Part shown: in pieces, positions 8,823 to 18,825 of the stretch
How the letters are laid out: each line of letters begins with the position of its first letter
How positions within the stretch are numbered: position 1 is the stretch's first letter
Source of the DNA: an uncultured Deinococcaceae bacterium
GTDB lineage: Bacteria > Deinococcota > Deinococci > Deinococcales > Deinococcaceae
Direction: 5' to 3'
Assembly (NCBI GenBank): GCA_964252075.1
Contig: CAXULY010000006.1
Span: 1 to 64,000 of the forward strand
Length of the DNA stretch: 64,000 bases
Notes under the pieces: model-generated
Seen by the model: the letters and a program-made list of their open reading frames with translations, nothing else
What the model was told of the DNA's origin: nothing
Databases searched by the model: none
Made by a program: the position numbers and the translations under genes

Positions 8823-11032
8823 TGCCCGTCACGGTGTTCCCCATCCGGCACCACGGGCCGGGCTCGGCGCGCAGCGTGCTCGCGGCGCTGGAGGCCCTGC
8901 AGCCGGACGCGCTGCTGGTGGAGGGCCCGGCGGACGCGGACGCGCTGCTGCCGTTCCTGGCGCACGAGGAGCTGGAGCCGCCCGTGGCGCTGCTGGCCTT
9001 CGTGCCGGGCGAGGAGGACCGCAGCGTGATGTACCCCTTCGCGGCGTTCAGCCCGGAGTTCGTGGCGTTCCGCTGGGCGCTCGCGCGGGGCGTGCAGGCG
9101 GGCTTCATGGACCTGCCGAGCGGCGTGACGCTCGCGGAGCCGAAAGAAGAACGCCCGCTGGAGGAGCCGACCCCGGACGAGGCCGCGCCCGCGCCGGAGG
9201 ACCCGCTGAGCGGCATGGCGCGCGCGGCGGGCTTCACGGACTTCGAGCGCTGGTGGGAGGCGCTCGCGGAGTCCGCGCCGAACGGCGAGGACGTGTTCGC
9301 GGCGGTGCGTGAACTGATGCGCGCCGCGCGGGAAGGGCATGCGCTGCCGCCACGCGAGGCGGCGCGGGAGGCGCACATGCGCCAGCACATCCGCGCGGCG
9401 CTGAAAGGCGGCGCGCAGCGGGTGGCGGTGGTGTGCGGCGCGTGGCACGCGCCCGCGCTGGAGGACCTGGGCGGCGCGGACGCCGCGCGGGCGGACGCGG
9501 CGCTCCTGAAGGGCCTCGCGCGCGTGAAGACCAGCGTGACGTGGGTGCCGTGGTCCCACGACCGCCTCACCATCGCGAGCGGGTACGGGGCGGGCGTGCA
9601 CGCGCCCGGCTGGTACGCGCACCTGTGGGCGGGGCACGCGCGGCCCGTGGAGGCGTGGCTGACCCGCTCGGCGCGCCTGCTGCGTGAGCGCGGCGTGGAC
9701 GTGTCGAGTGCGCACGTGATTGAGGCGGCGCGCCTCGCGGACGCCCTCGCGGCGCTGCGCGGCCTGCCGCTCGCGGGCCTGCCGGAGCTGATGGAGGCCG
9801 CGCGGTCCGTGTTCACGTGGGTGAGTGACGCGCCGCTGCAGCTCATCGAGCAGGAACTCGTGGTGGGCGAAACGCTGGGGCGCGTGCCGACGGACATGCC
9901 GAGCGTGCCGCTCGCGCAGGATGTCGCGGCGCAGCAGCGCCGCCTGCGCCTGAAGCCGGAGGGCGTCACGCGCGAGGTCACGCTGGACCTGCGTGAGGAC
10001 GTGGGCCTCGCGCGCAGCGTGCTGCTGCACCGCCTGCTCGTGCTGGGCGTCCCGTGGGGCGAGCGGCGGCACGCGGGCGGGCGCGGGACCTTCAAGGAGG
10101 CGTGGGCGCTGCGCTGGGAGCCGGGCTTCGCGGTGCGGCTGGTGGAGGCCTCGCGGTACGGCGGGACGGTCGTGCGCGCCGCGAACGCGCGCGCGGCGCA
10201 GATGGCGCGCGCCGCGCGCACCCTGCCGGACATCACGGCGCTGCTGGAGCAGGTGCGCGCAGCGCACCTGCGGGACGCCGCGCGCGTGACGCTCGCGCAG
10301 CTGGACGCGCGCGGCGCGCTCACCTCGGACGCCGCCGAGCTGCTGGGCGCGCTGCCGCCCCTGGCGCGCCTCGCGCGGTACGGGGACGTGCGCTCGCGCG
10401 ACGCGGACGACGGCACGCTGGAGGTCTTCGCGGCGCTCCTCACGCGCGGCGCGCTGAACCTGCCGGGCGCCACCCTGAACCTCGCGGACGACGCGGCGCT
10501 GGACCTCGCGCAGGTCGTGGCGGGCGCGGACGCCGCCGTGCGTCTCGTGGATGACGGGGCGTGCCGCGCCGCGTGGCTCACCGCGCTCAGCGACGTGGCG
10601 GCGCAGCAGGACGCGCACGACCTGCTGCTGGGCGACGCGGTGCGGCGCCTGCGGGACGCGGGCACCCTGACGGACGAAGACGTGCGCGCCCGCGTGGGCC
10701 TCGCGCTCGCGCCCGCGCGCCCGCCCACCAGCGTGAGCGCGTGGCTGGACGGCTTCCTCGGCGCGGACGCGACGCTGCTGCTGCACGACGCGCGCCTGCT
10801 GGCGCTGCTGGACGCGTGGCTCGCGCAGCTGCCCGAGGAGGCCTTCGAGGGGGTGCTGCCGCCCCTGCGGCGCGTGTTCTCGCGCGTGACGGTGGGGGAC
10901 CGGCGGGAACTCGGGGAGCAGCTGCGCGGGCACCGGCGCGGCGGTGAGGTGCTCGCGCTGAACGCCGCGCGGGCGGCGCTGCCCACGCCCTTCGTGCTGA
11001 AACTGCTGGGGGCGCCGGAGGTGCAGGCATGA
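8822..11032 (+). CDS. ddrW: DUF5682 / YehM-like protein (DdrW-like)
   Basis: PIRHHGPGSA, VEGP.DA, PFAAFSPE, REAHM, VCGAWH, SGYGAG motifs. Confidence 0.8.
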   Translation: MPVTVFPIRHHGPGSARSVLAALEALQPDALLVEGPADADALLPFLAHEELEPPVALLAFVPGEEDRSVMYPFAAFSPEFVAFRWALARGVQAGFMDLPSGVTLAEPKEERPLEEPTPDEAAPAPEDPLSGMARAAGFTDFERWWEALAESAPNGEDVFAAVRELMRAAREGHALPPREAAREAHMRQHIRAALKGGAQRVAVVCGAWHAPALEDLGGADAARADAALLKGLARVKTSVTWVPWSHDRLTIASGYGAGVHAPGWYAHLWAGHARPVEAWLTRSARLLRERGVDVSSAHVIEAARLADALAALRGLPLAGLPELMEAARSVFTWVSDAPLQLIEQELVVGETLGRVPTDMPSVPLAQDVAAQQRRLRLKPEGVTREVTLDLREDVGLARSVLLHRLLVLGVPWGERRHAGGRGTFKEAWALRWEPGFAVRLVEASRYGGTVVRAANARAAQMARAARTLPDITALLEQVRAAHLRDAARVTLAQLDARGALTSDAAELLGALPPLARLARYGDVRSRDADDGTLEVFAALLTRGALNLPGATLNLADDAALDLAQVVAGADAAVRLVDDGACRAAWLTALSDVAAQQDAHDLLLGDAVRRLRDAGTLTDEDVRARVGLALAPARPPTSVSAWLDGFLGADATLLLHDARLLALLDAWLAQLPEEAFEGVLPPLRRVFSRVTVGDRRELGEQLRGHRRGGEVLALNAARAALPTPFVLKLLGAPEVQA

Positions 11033-12246
11033 CGGACGTGGACGTGACGGTGGACCGCGAGGAGCGCCTGCGCCGCTGGCGGCTGGTGCTGGGCGGCGGC
11101 AGCGCGGACGGCACCGCCTGCGGCCTGGGTGGGCGCGACGAGCGCCTGGACGCCGCGCTCACCGCCGTGTACGGCGACGCGGAGGGCGGCGAGGTGGAGC
11201 GCAAGGACCGCCTGAACGTGGGGCGCGGCAAGAGCGCGCCGCGCGTCGCGCGCTGGCTCGCGGAGGTGCGCGAGCTGTTCCCGCAGTCCACGGTGCGCGT
11301 GATGCAGCAGGACGCCATCGAGCGGCTGAACCTCAAGCAGCTGCTGCTGGAACCGGAACTGATGGACGCCGTGGAGCCGGACGTGAACCTCGCCGTGACG
11401 CTCCTGAGCCTGAAGGACGTGATGCCGGACGCCGCGAAGGAACGCGCGCGCGCCGTGGTGCGCCGCGTCACGGACGACCTCATGCGCCGCCTGGAGGAGC
11501 CCCTGCGGGCCGCCGTGACGGGCACCCTGAACCGCGCGGCGCGCACGAACCGCCCGCGCCCGAGGGACATCGACTGGGGCCGCACCATCCGCGCGAACCT
11601 CGGCACGTACCAGCCGGACCGCCGCACCATCGTTCCCGAGCGGCTCGTGGGCTTCGCGCGCGCGCGGCGGCAGATGCGCAGCGTAACCCTGTGCGTGGAC
11701 CAGAGCGGCAGCATGGCGGACAGCGTGGTGTACGCGGGCGTGTTCGGCGCGGTGCTCGCGAGCCTGCCCGCCATCCGCACGAACGTCGTGGTGTACGACA
11801 CCGCCGTCGTGGACCTCACGGATCAGCTGCAGGACCCGGTGGACGTGCTGTTCGGCGTGCAGCTCGGCGGGGGGAACGACACGCCGCTCGCGCTGCGCTA
11901 CTGCAAGGGCCTCCTGACGCAGCCGGAGGAGAGCATCTTCGTGCTGATCAGCGACCTGTACGAGGGGAGCGGCAGCGCCGAGATGCTGCGCCGCCTGCAG
12001 GAGTTCCGCGATCAGGGCGTGCAGGTGGTGGTGCTGCTCGCGCTGGACCGCAACGGCAAGCCGAGCTTCGATCAGCGCAACGCGCACGCGCTCGCGGGCC
12101 TGGGCATCCCGGTGTTCGCGTGCACGCCCGAGCACTTCCCGGACCTCATGGGGGCGGCCCTCGGGCGGCAGGACGTGGGCGCGTGGGCGTCCGCGCGCGG
12201 CATGCCGGTCGTGCGCGGCGAGGGCGAGGGGGACGGCGCGCCCTGA
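11029..12246 (+). CDS. ddrX: VWA (CoxE/YehP-like) domain protein (DdrX-like)
   Basis: RLRRWRLVLG start, IDWGRTIRANL, MIDAS motif DQSGS, LISDLYEG. Confidence 0.85.
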   Translation: MTDVDVTVDREERLRRWRLVLGGGSADGTACGLGGRDERLDAALTAVYGDAEGGEVERKDRLNVGRGKSAPRVARWLAEVRELFPQSTVRVMQQDAIERLNLKQLLLEPELMDAVEPDVNLAVTLLSLKDVMPDAAKERARAVVRRVTDDLMRRLEEPLRAAVTGTLNRAARTNRPRPRDIDWGRTIRANLGTYQPDRRTIVPERLVGFARARRQMRSVTLCVDQSGSMADSVVYAGVFGAVLASLPAIRTNVVVYDTAVVDLTDQLQDPVDVLFGVQLGGGNDTPLALRYCKGLLTQPEESIFVLISDLYEGSGSAEMLRRLQEFRDQGVQVVVLLALDRNGKPSFDQRNAHALAGLGIPVFACTPEHFPDLMGAALGRQDVGAWASARGMPVVRGEGEGDGAP

Positions 12247-12265
12247 CGCGGGCGTAGGATGCCTC

Positions 12266-13330
12266 ATGGCGGACGACCCCACCCAGACAAACCCCCAGAC
12301 CGAAGCCTCCACCTCCGTCACGTGGCCCGTCCAGGAGGGCGAGCTGCACCTCGGCGACTGGCCCGCCGAGCGCGGCGGCGTCATCCGCGACGCGCGCCTC
12401 GCGTGGCAGACGCACGGCACCCTAAACGCCGCGCGCGACAACGTCATCGTGTACCCGTGCAGCTACACCGCCACACACGACGGGCAGAACTGGCTGATCG
12501 GCCCGGACGGCATCCTGGACCCCACGCAGTACTTCATCGTCATTCCGGACATGTTCTCGAACGGCGTGTCGTCCGGCGCGGCGGACACCCCGGACTACCC
12601 GGAGGTCGTGACGGTGCGCGACAACGTCCTCGCGCAGGAACGCCTGCTGCGCGAGGTGTTCGGCGTCACGCGGGTCGCGGCGGTGTATGGCTTCTCGATG
12701 GGCGCCATGCAGGCGTACCACTGGGCGGCGCTGTTCCCCGAGCGGGTGGAGCGCGCGATCGTGGTGTGCGGCAGCGCCCGCACGGCGCTGCACAACCGGG
12801 TGTTCCTGTCCGGCCTGCTGCGCACGCTGGAGGCCGCGCCGGAGCACACAGGCGGCGGGCGCTTCTCGTCGGAACCGCACGCGGCCCTGCGCGCCTTCGG
12901 TCACATCTACGCGGGGTGGGGGCTCAGCCAGGACTTCTACCGCGCCGAGCTGTTCCGCACGGCGCTCGGCGCGCCGGACCTGGAGACGTACCTGAAGACG
13001 GACTGGGAGGCGGGGTTCGCGCAGAGTCGCGCCGCGAACCTGTACGCGCAGGCCCTGACGTGGCTGCATGGGGACATCAGCGCGAACGCCCTGTACGGCG
13101 GGGACCACACGCGCGCCCTGAACGCCATTGACGCGCGCGTGCTGCTGGTGCCCAGCGAGACGGACCTGTACTTCCGCGTGGCGGACAACGCCGCCGAACT
13201 GCCGCACCTGCGCGCGGGGGCGCTGCGGCCCATCCCGAGCATCTGGGGACACCGCGCGGGCAGTCCCGCCGGGATTCCCGAGGACCTCGCCTTCCTGAAG
13301 GCGGCGGTCCACGACTGGCTGAACACCTGA
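12266..13330 (+). CDS. Homoserine O-acetyltransferase-like alpha/beta hydrolase
   Basis: THGTLNAARDNVI, LDPTQYFIVIPDMFSNG, GFSMGA (Ser), TDLYF (Asp), WGH (His); leaderless -10 TAGGAT at 12255-12260. Confidence 0.8.
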   Translation: MADDPTQTNPQTEASTSVTWPVQEGELHLGDWPAERGGVIRDARLAWQTHGTLNAARDNVIVYPCSYTATHDGQNWLIGPDGILDPTQYFIVIPDMFSNGVSSGAADTPDYPEVVTVRDNVLAQERLLREVFGVTRVAAVYGFSMGAMQAYHWAALFPERVERAIVVCGSARTALHNRVFLSGLLRTLEAAPEHTGGGRFSSEPHAALRAFGHIYAGWGLSQDFYRAELFRTALGAPDLETYLKTDWEAGFAQSRAANLYAQALTWLHGDISANALYGGDHTRALNAIDARVLLVPSETDLYFRVADNAAELPHLRAGALRPIPSIWGHRAGSPAGIPEDLAFLKAAVHDWLNT

Positions 13331-13469
13331 TTTCGGGCGCCGCGCGCCTGTGGTGTGCACTTGATGACGTGACGCTCAGCGTTCTCACGGGTGCGGCGGT
13401 GTGGAAAATGTCACACTGCGCACGCCGCTCCCCCCTGGTGCGGCGCGTTTCACCCCGATCGGAGAATGT

Positions 13470-14819
13470 ATGCGAGCGAGAGCGGTTCTGATTCAGGCGT
13501 TCGCGGGCCTCGGCCTGCCCCTGCTGCTGGCGGCCTGTGGGAGCAGCACCGGCCCCACCGACCCTTACGCGAACGGACAGACCCACCCCTGGGAGGAAAC
13601 CCGACCGGCGGTGATCGGTGCGCAGTCCCTCACGCCCGGCGTGAACACCCTGCAATTCGAACGCGTGCTGTTCGCGAAGAACGCCTGGGGTCCGGTTGAG
13701 CGCAACACCAGCAACGGCGAGCAGAAGGCCGGCGACGGCCACCCCATCAGCCTGAACGAACAGACGTACCCGCAGGGGTACGGCGTGCACGCGAACAGCG
13801 AACTGCGCTTCAGCCTCGCGGGCGCGGACGGCGCACAGTGCTCGCTGTTCAGCACCTTCGTCGGCGTGGATGACGAGGTGGGCCGGCGCGGCAGCGTGGT
13901 GTTCCAGGTGTTCGTGGACGGCGTGCTGCAGGCCAGCAGCGGCGTCATGCGGGGCGGCGCGCCCGCGCAGGCGCTCAGCGCGAACATCGCGGGCAAGAAG
14001 GAACTGCGGCTGGTCGTCACGGACGCCGGGGACGGCCTGAGTTACGACCACGCCGACTGGGCGGACCCCAGGATCTACTGCGGGGCGAACACGCCCGTCT
14101 CGCTGACCCTCGACCGCGGGGAACTCTCGGTGTTCCACAAGCACAGCGCGAGCCTCACCGCCACCTTCGCCGCCAAGGGCGCCGTGGCGGGGCCCCTGAA
14201 CCTCCGCCTGGAGCGGGCCGATCCGAACCGCGGCCTGCTGCTGGAGCTGCGCACCCCGCAGGTGAACTTCACCGGGCCGGGCAGCGCGACGCGCACCCTG
14301 ACCATCGCGGCGCCCTTCTTGAGCAGCAACTACGACCCGCGTGAGCTGTCAGCACCGTACCGCCTGACGGCCAGCGCGGGGGGCCGGGACGTGGCGAGCG
14401 CCGTGCTGACCATCACGGTGAAACCCATGCAGGTGTCCGCGCGCATCGTGCCGGGCCGCCTCAGCGGCCACGACGGGGACCTCCGCAGCGCAACGGTGGA
14501 AGTCACGGTAAACCCGCCGCTGGAGGAGCCCGTCAACATTGACCTGGCCTTCGCGCCGAACCTCACCCAGGAAGCCAACACACCCATCGCGGCCATCGCG
14601 AACGTGGGCGCCACCCGCGCGGAGGGCGGCGTGCTGCGCGCCGATGCGCAGTTCCGCTTCTCCGACGGCCTGCCTGTCCCCTACCCGGACGAATACCTCA
14701 CCTCGGACGAGGTGCTGTACGTGCTGGTGAACGACGCGTCGGGCGAGCCGCTCTTCGGGTACCGCCGACCGAGTTACGGGAACCTCGCGGCGCCCATCAC
14801 GCTGCAACTGCTGCGCTGA
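13470..14819 (+). CDS. Lipoprotein with an NPCBM/NEW2 carbohydrate-binding domain
   Basis: Lipobox LLAAC; NAWGPVERNTSNGE, GYGVHANS, VGVDDE, DGLSYDHADWAD. Confidence 0.85.
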   Translation: MRARAVLIQAFAGLGLPLLLAACGSSTGPTDPYANGQTHPWEETRPAVIGAQSLTPGVNTLQFERVLFAKNAWGPVERNTSNGEQKAGDGHPISLNEQTYPQGYGVHANSELRFSLAGADGAQCSLFSTFVGVDDEVGRRGSVVFQVFVDGVLQASSGVMRGGAPAQALSANIAGKKELRLVVTDAGDGLSYDHADWADPRIYCGANTPVSLTLDRGELSVFHKHSASLTATFAAKGAVAGPLNLRLERADPNRGLLLELRTPQVNFTGPGSATRTLTIAAPFLSSNYDPRELSAPYRLTASAGGRDVASAVLTITVKPMQVSARIVPGRLSGHDGDLRSATVEVTVNPPLEEPVNIDLAFAPNLTQEANTPIAAIANVGATRAEGGVLRADAQFRFSDGLPVPYPDEYLTSDEVLYVLVNDASGEPLFGYRRPSYGNLAAPITLQLLR

Positions 14820-14887
14820 AGCGCGCCGCGCGGGGCCCCGGTCACATGGTCGGGGCCTCGCCCGTCCGGCGCTGGCGTGCTTGACTG

Positions 14888-15649
14888 GTGGGCATGATGG
14901 ACCTGACGGGGAAAGTGGTGTTCGTGACGGGCGCGTCGCGCGGCATCGGTGCGGCGACTGTGGAGGCGCTCCTCAGCGCGGGCGCGTCCGTGGTGGCGCA
15001 CCTGGGCCGCAGCGGGCAGGGCGGCGAGGCGCTGCTCGCGGCGCACGGCGAGGCGCGCGTGCGGGTCGTGGCGGGCGACCTCGCACGGCCCGGTGAGGCT
15101 GCGCGGCTCTTCCAGGAGGCGGTGGCGTGGCGGGGTCACGTGGACGTGCTGGTGAACAACGCGGGCATCGCGCCGTCCGTGACGGTGGACGACCCGCTTG
15201 CGGCGTGGACGGCGGTGTGGGGCGAAACGCTGCAGGTGAACCTGCTGAGCGTCGCGGAGGGCTGCCGGGAGGCGATCGCGCACTACCGGACGCGGGGGGG
15301 CGGCGCGATCATCAACATCGCGAGCCGCGCGGCGTTCCGGGGGGACAACCCGGACGCCATGCATTACGCCGCGTCGAAGGGCGGCGTGATCGCCCTCACG
15401 CGCTCCATCGCGCGCGGTTTCGCGCGGGAAGGCGTGCTGGCGTACGCGGTGGCGCCCGGCTGGGTGCGCACCGACATGGCCGAAGCGTACCTGCGGGACC
15501 ACGCCTCGGACGTCGCGCGGGACATCCCCATGGGGGACGCGGCGCCGCCGCAGGACGTGGCGAACACCGTGGTGTTCCTCGCGGCGGGCCTCGCGCCGCA
15601 CATGACGGGCGCGACGCTGGACATCAACGGCGCGTCGTACGTGCGCTGA
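14888..15649 (+). CDS. Short-chain dehydrogenase/reductase (SDR)
   Basis: TGASRGIG, NNAG, YAASK, APGWVRTDM; the start may be ATG 14894. Confidence 0.92.
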   Translation: MGMMDLTGKVVFVTGASRGIGAATVEALLSAGASVVAHLGRSGQGGEALLAAHGEARVRVVAGDLARPGEAARLFQEAVAWRGHVDVLVNNAGIAPSVTVDDPLAAWTAVWGETLQVNLLSVAEGCREAIAHYRTRGGGAIINIASRAAFRGDNPDAMHYAASKGGVIALTRSIARGFAREGVLAYAVAPGWVRTDMAEAYLRDHASDVARDIPMGDAAPPQDVANTVVFLAAGLAPHMTGATLDINGASYVR

Positions 15650-15655
15650 CGCAGC

Positions 15656-16882
15656 TCAGCCGTCCCACTGGTAGGGGCCGTTCACGGTGCCGTCCGGCAG
15701 GATCGTCCAGAACAGCTGATCGTCCTTGTTGCCCGCCCAGCTGCCCACGTTGATGTACTCGCGGTCCCCCATCCGGAAGCGTTCCGGGAGGTGCGTGTGC
15801 CCGAAAATGACGGTGCGCACGTGCCGCCCCCAGGTGCTGCGCCGCAACTGGTGGAAGGTGTGGCGCGCCGCCTGCCGGAAGCGCAGCTTCACCACGGCGT
15901 TCGCGAGGCGCGACGCGAGGCCCGGGCGGTCGAGCTGCCCGTTGTTCTGCGCGCCCGCGCGGTGGTCCTGACCCACCTGCGTGCGCTGCATGCGTTGCGT
16001 GAGGCTGCGCTCCTGGCGCAGCGAGCCGCCGCGCAGCAGATCGAACAGCACGTACCGCATGTACAGCCACAGCAGCGGGTCGTGCAGGTGCCCGTGCTCG
16101 ATGTACACCCAGCGCTGGTCCGTCTCGATCACCACAGCGGGATTCCAGACGGCGTGCGCGGGCAGGTCCAGCACGGGGCGGCCCGGCGCGCCCCCCGGCG
16201 TGGCGGCGCGCCGGATGTCGGGCCGGAAGTAGCGCGCGCCGCTGATGCCGATGTCATGGTTGCCCGTCACGTAGAAGAGGTGCAGGGTGGGGTCGTCATC
16301 GCGCATCACGTCATGGAGGGCGGTAAGCAGGTCGTCAATGACGATCTGCCCGCGCTGGCGGGTGAGGACGCCCTGCCACGGCGCGGTCAGCGCGTCGTTG
16401 ATGCGCAGGACCAGCGGTTCCGCGCGGCCCTCCTCGCGCGCGGCGTGCAGCGGGATGTCCATGAGGTCGCCGTTGATGTACAGCTCGATGCGTTTCGGGC
16501 CGCGCACTTGCCGCAGCGCGGTGAGGAAGGACTTGAAGGCCGCCGCGCGCTGCGGCAGGTCCCCCCAGGTGTCGATGTGCAGGTCGGAGAGCAGCACGCG
16601 GTACACGGCGTCGCCCTGCGGCACGTCCGGGAGCTGCGTCTGCCGCGTGACGCGGTGCCGGGTGGGGTGCTGGTGCAGCAGGCGTTCCGTGAGCCATTCG
16701 CGCGCGGGGCTCGCCAGGGTGTCCCACAGGCCCTGCGTGATGAGCGCCACGCCCGCCCCGAAAGCAAGGCCCAGCCCGAGGCCCAGGTACTCCTCAAGGT
16801 CCACGCCGAGGGACTGACCGCGCGGGGTCTTCACCTCGAGCTGCGCGCCGTCCGGGGCGCGCGGTGGGCGTTGGGGGCTCAC
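15656..16882 (-). CDS. Calcineurin-like metallophosphoesterase (LpxH-like motif set) with an N-terminal membrane helix
   Basis: SDLH, NGDLMD, GNHD, EHGH, GHTH; GTG 16882 overlaps the stop of the upstream gene, and the 614-aa ORF extension overlaps that gene. Confidence 0.8.
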   Translation of the reverse strand: MSPQRPPRAPDGAQLEVKTPRGQSLGVDLEEYLGLGLGLAFGAGVALITQGLWDTLASPAREWLTERLLHQHPTRHRVTRQTQLPDVPQGDAVYRVLLSDLHIDTWGDLPQRAAAFKSFLTALRQVRGPKRIELYINGDLMDIPLHAAREEGRAEPLVLRINDALTAPWQGVLTRQRGQIVIDDLLTALHDVMRDDDPTLHLFYVTGNHDIGISGARYFRPDIRRAATPGGAPGRPVLDLPAHAVWNPAVVIETDQRWVYIEHGHLHDPLLWLYMRYVLFDLLRGGSLRQERSLTQRMQRTQVGQDHRAGAQNNGQLDRPGLASRLANAVVKLRFRQAARHTFHQLRRSTWGRHVRTVIFGHTHLPERFRMGDREYINVGSWAGNKDDQLFWTILPDGTVNGPYQWDG

Positions 16883-17493
16883 AGCGCTTCTTCTCCTAGG
16901 ATGGAGTCGAACTCCTCGATCATCCAGTTCAGGGCGGACGCAGCGAGCAGCAGGCCCGCGCCAAGGCTCAGGCCGAGGGTCGTCTGGCGGCGCAGGGTGT
17001 TGAGGCGCGCGGGCGTGGCGTGCTTCACGCCCGACGCGCGCAGGCGCCGCAGCAGCGTGAAGTCCGGGCGGAGCGCCAGCGCGGTGCGCGCGGACGCCAT
17101 GACGATCACGGCGGTCAGGCCGCCCACCGCGAGGGCCGCGCGCCGCTGCTGGCGCGCCTCCTGCCGGAACGCCGCCTCCTGCTCCAGCGCGTCGAGGTCG
17201 GCAGGCACCTCGTGGGCCCCGGCGCTCGGGCCGCTCATGGCAGAGGTGGTGGAGCGCGCGGCGGCGCGGCCCGTGGCGACGTCGGCGTACACCGTGAGGG
17301 CGCTCGTGGCGAGGGCGAAGCCCCCCCCGATGCCGACCCCCAGACCGACCCCGTTGATGAACGCGGACCGGAAGAACCGGTAGGAGAAGGCCTTCGGCAG
17401 CCACTGCTGGGCCACCATGACTGTCAGTCCGAGCGCCGCGCCGCTCAACGTCGCCCGCTGGCGAGGGGGTAGGCGCAGGAGTTGCTTGAACAC
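16879..17493 (-). CDS. Hypothetical membrane protein with Gly-rich helices
   Basis: GAGG RBS, about four hydrophobic segments, coupled to the phosphoesterase gene. Confidence 0.7.
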   Translation of the reverse strand: MFKQLLRLPPRQRATLSGAALGLTVMVAQQWLPKAFSYRFFRSAFINGVGLGVGIGGGFALATSALTVYADVATGRAAARSTTSAMSGPSAGAHEVPADLDALEQEAAFRQEARQQRRAALAVGGLTAVIVMASARTALALRPDFTLLRRLRASGVKHATPARLNTLRRQTTLGLSLGAGLLLAASALNWMIEEFDSILGEEAL

Positions 17494-17754
17494 GGTTCAC
17501 CTCAGCGAAGGGGCGGTGGCGCCGTCACGGCGCCCCAGTGGGGCGCCGCCCGGCGATCCCGCCTCGTTTCATGATGACCGTGGGGGAATGTGAGCCTCAT
17601 TTGAGCGAAGCCCGGAGTTCGTTGGCCGATGGACGAGCCCACGCCCGCGGTCCGGGCGCAGCATGTAGCGTGGAAGTCCGTCACGACCAGGCGGGCGGAC
17701 CGCGCTCGGGTCTGATGGGCGCCCGCCACCCGGCCCGAGTCACGCGAGGGCACC

Positions 17755-18246
17755 ATGTACGGAACTGAACCGCCCCAGCCCCCGGAGCTCGCGCTGCTCG
17801 TGGGCCTTCAGGGCAGCGGCAAGACCAGCTTCTTCCGCGCGCGCTTCGCGGGCACGCACGCACTCGTCAGCAAGGACCTGTTCCCGCACCACCGCAACAA
17901 GGCGCGGCGGCAGCTTCAGCTGATCGAGGAGGCGCTCCGCGCGGGGCGCAGCGTGGTGCTGGACAACACCAACCCGCGCGTGGAGGACCGCGCCGACCCC
18001 ATCGCGCTCGCGCGGTCCCTCGGCGCGGGTGTGACCGGGTACCTGTTCGTCACGGATGTGGCTTCGGCGCTGGAGCGCAACCGGCAGCGGGTGGGACGGG
18101 CGCGCGTGCCGGACCTCGCGATCTACGCGACCGCCAAGCGCCTGCAGCGCCCCACACCCGCAGAAGGCTTTGACCGCCTGTTCACGGTGCGCCTGGCCCC
18201 GGGCGGAGGGTACGACGTCACGCCCACCGAAGAGGACGGGCGTTGA
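17755..18246 (+). CDS. Stand-alone P-loop kinase (AAA_33, polynucleotide-kinase-like)
   Basis: GLQGSGKT, VSKD, VVLDNTN, RNRQR lid, EGFD. Confidence 0.85.
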   Translation: MYGTEPPQPPELALLVGLQGSGKTSFFRARFAGTHALVSKDLFPHHRNKARRQLQLIEEALRAGRSVVLDNTNPRVEDRADPIALARSLGAGVTGYLFVTDVASALERNRQRVGRARVPDLAIYATAKRLQRPTPAEGFDRLFTVRLAPGGGYDVTPTEEDGR

Positions 18247-18282
18247 CAAACCACCGGGCGGAGGTGACTCCGCCCGGCCGCG

Positions 18283-18825
18283 TCACTTCAATTCATTCCT
18301 GTCGGCGCGCTCGCCCGGGGCGTCGGTCACGGTCGTCACCTTCACGGTGGGTTCCGCCGTCGCCCCGAGCGACGATTGAGGTGGCGTCGGCATTACGGGC
18401 GAAGTGCCGCCCACCACGGTGTCCCGCGATCCCATGACGGGCCGCGGCTCGATGATCGCCACGGTCGCGCCCTCGCCACTCTGCGCGAGGGTCTGAGGAG
18501 GGCGCTCGTTGCCGGTGTACAGGGGCGTCACAGGCCCGGACGCCTTGGCACTCTGGCTGGCCTTGCGCCGCCACAGGTAAAAGCCGACGCCGGCGCCCAC
18601 CACGGCCAGCGCGATCAGCGGCAGCATGAGGGACGATTTTCCGCCGGACTGCTGTCGCTCGACCCGCATGGTGTCCTTGAGGGCCTCGTGCGTCTGCGCG
18701 TAGAGCCTGGCGCTCTCGGAGTCCGGCACTACGGGTACGGGGGCGACGGCGGGCACGGCGACCTCTGGCGCGGGGACGGGCTGCGCCTCGACCACAACGA
18801 AGGCTTGGGCGGGTTTGGTGTCCAT
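18283..18825 (-). CDS. Hypothetical single-pass membrane protein (Pro/Val-rich)
   Basis: AGGAGG RBS; one TM helix followed by WRRK. Confidence 0.7.
   Translation of the reverse strand: MDTKPAQAFVVVEAQPVPAPEVAVPAVAPVPVVPDSESARLYAQTHEALKDTMRVERQQSGGKSSLMLPLIALAVVGAGVGFYLWRRKASQSAKASGPVTPLYTGNERPPQTLAQSGEGATVAIIEPRPVMGSRDTVVGGTSPVMPTPPQSSLGATAEPTVKVTTVTDAPGERADRNELK

Noticed and set aside
8773..12447. 1224-aa minus-strand ORF, and similar long ORFs such as 59141-62143, 27055-29115 and 51025-53088
   Set aside because: Antisense or off-frame shadows of well-supported genes; Arg/Ala/Ser-rich with no motifs, as expected in high-GC DNA
16883..17500. N-terminal 206-aa extension of the phosphoesterase ORF
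   Set aside because: It overlaps the membrane-protein gene in another frame; the GTGA-coupled start at 16882 is more plausible
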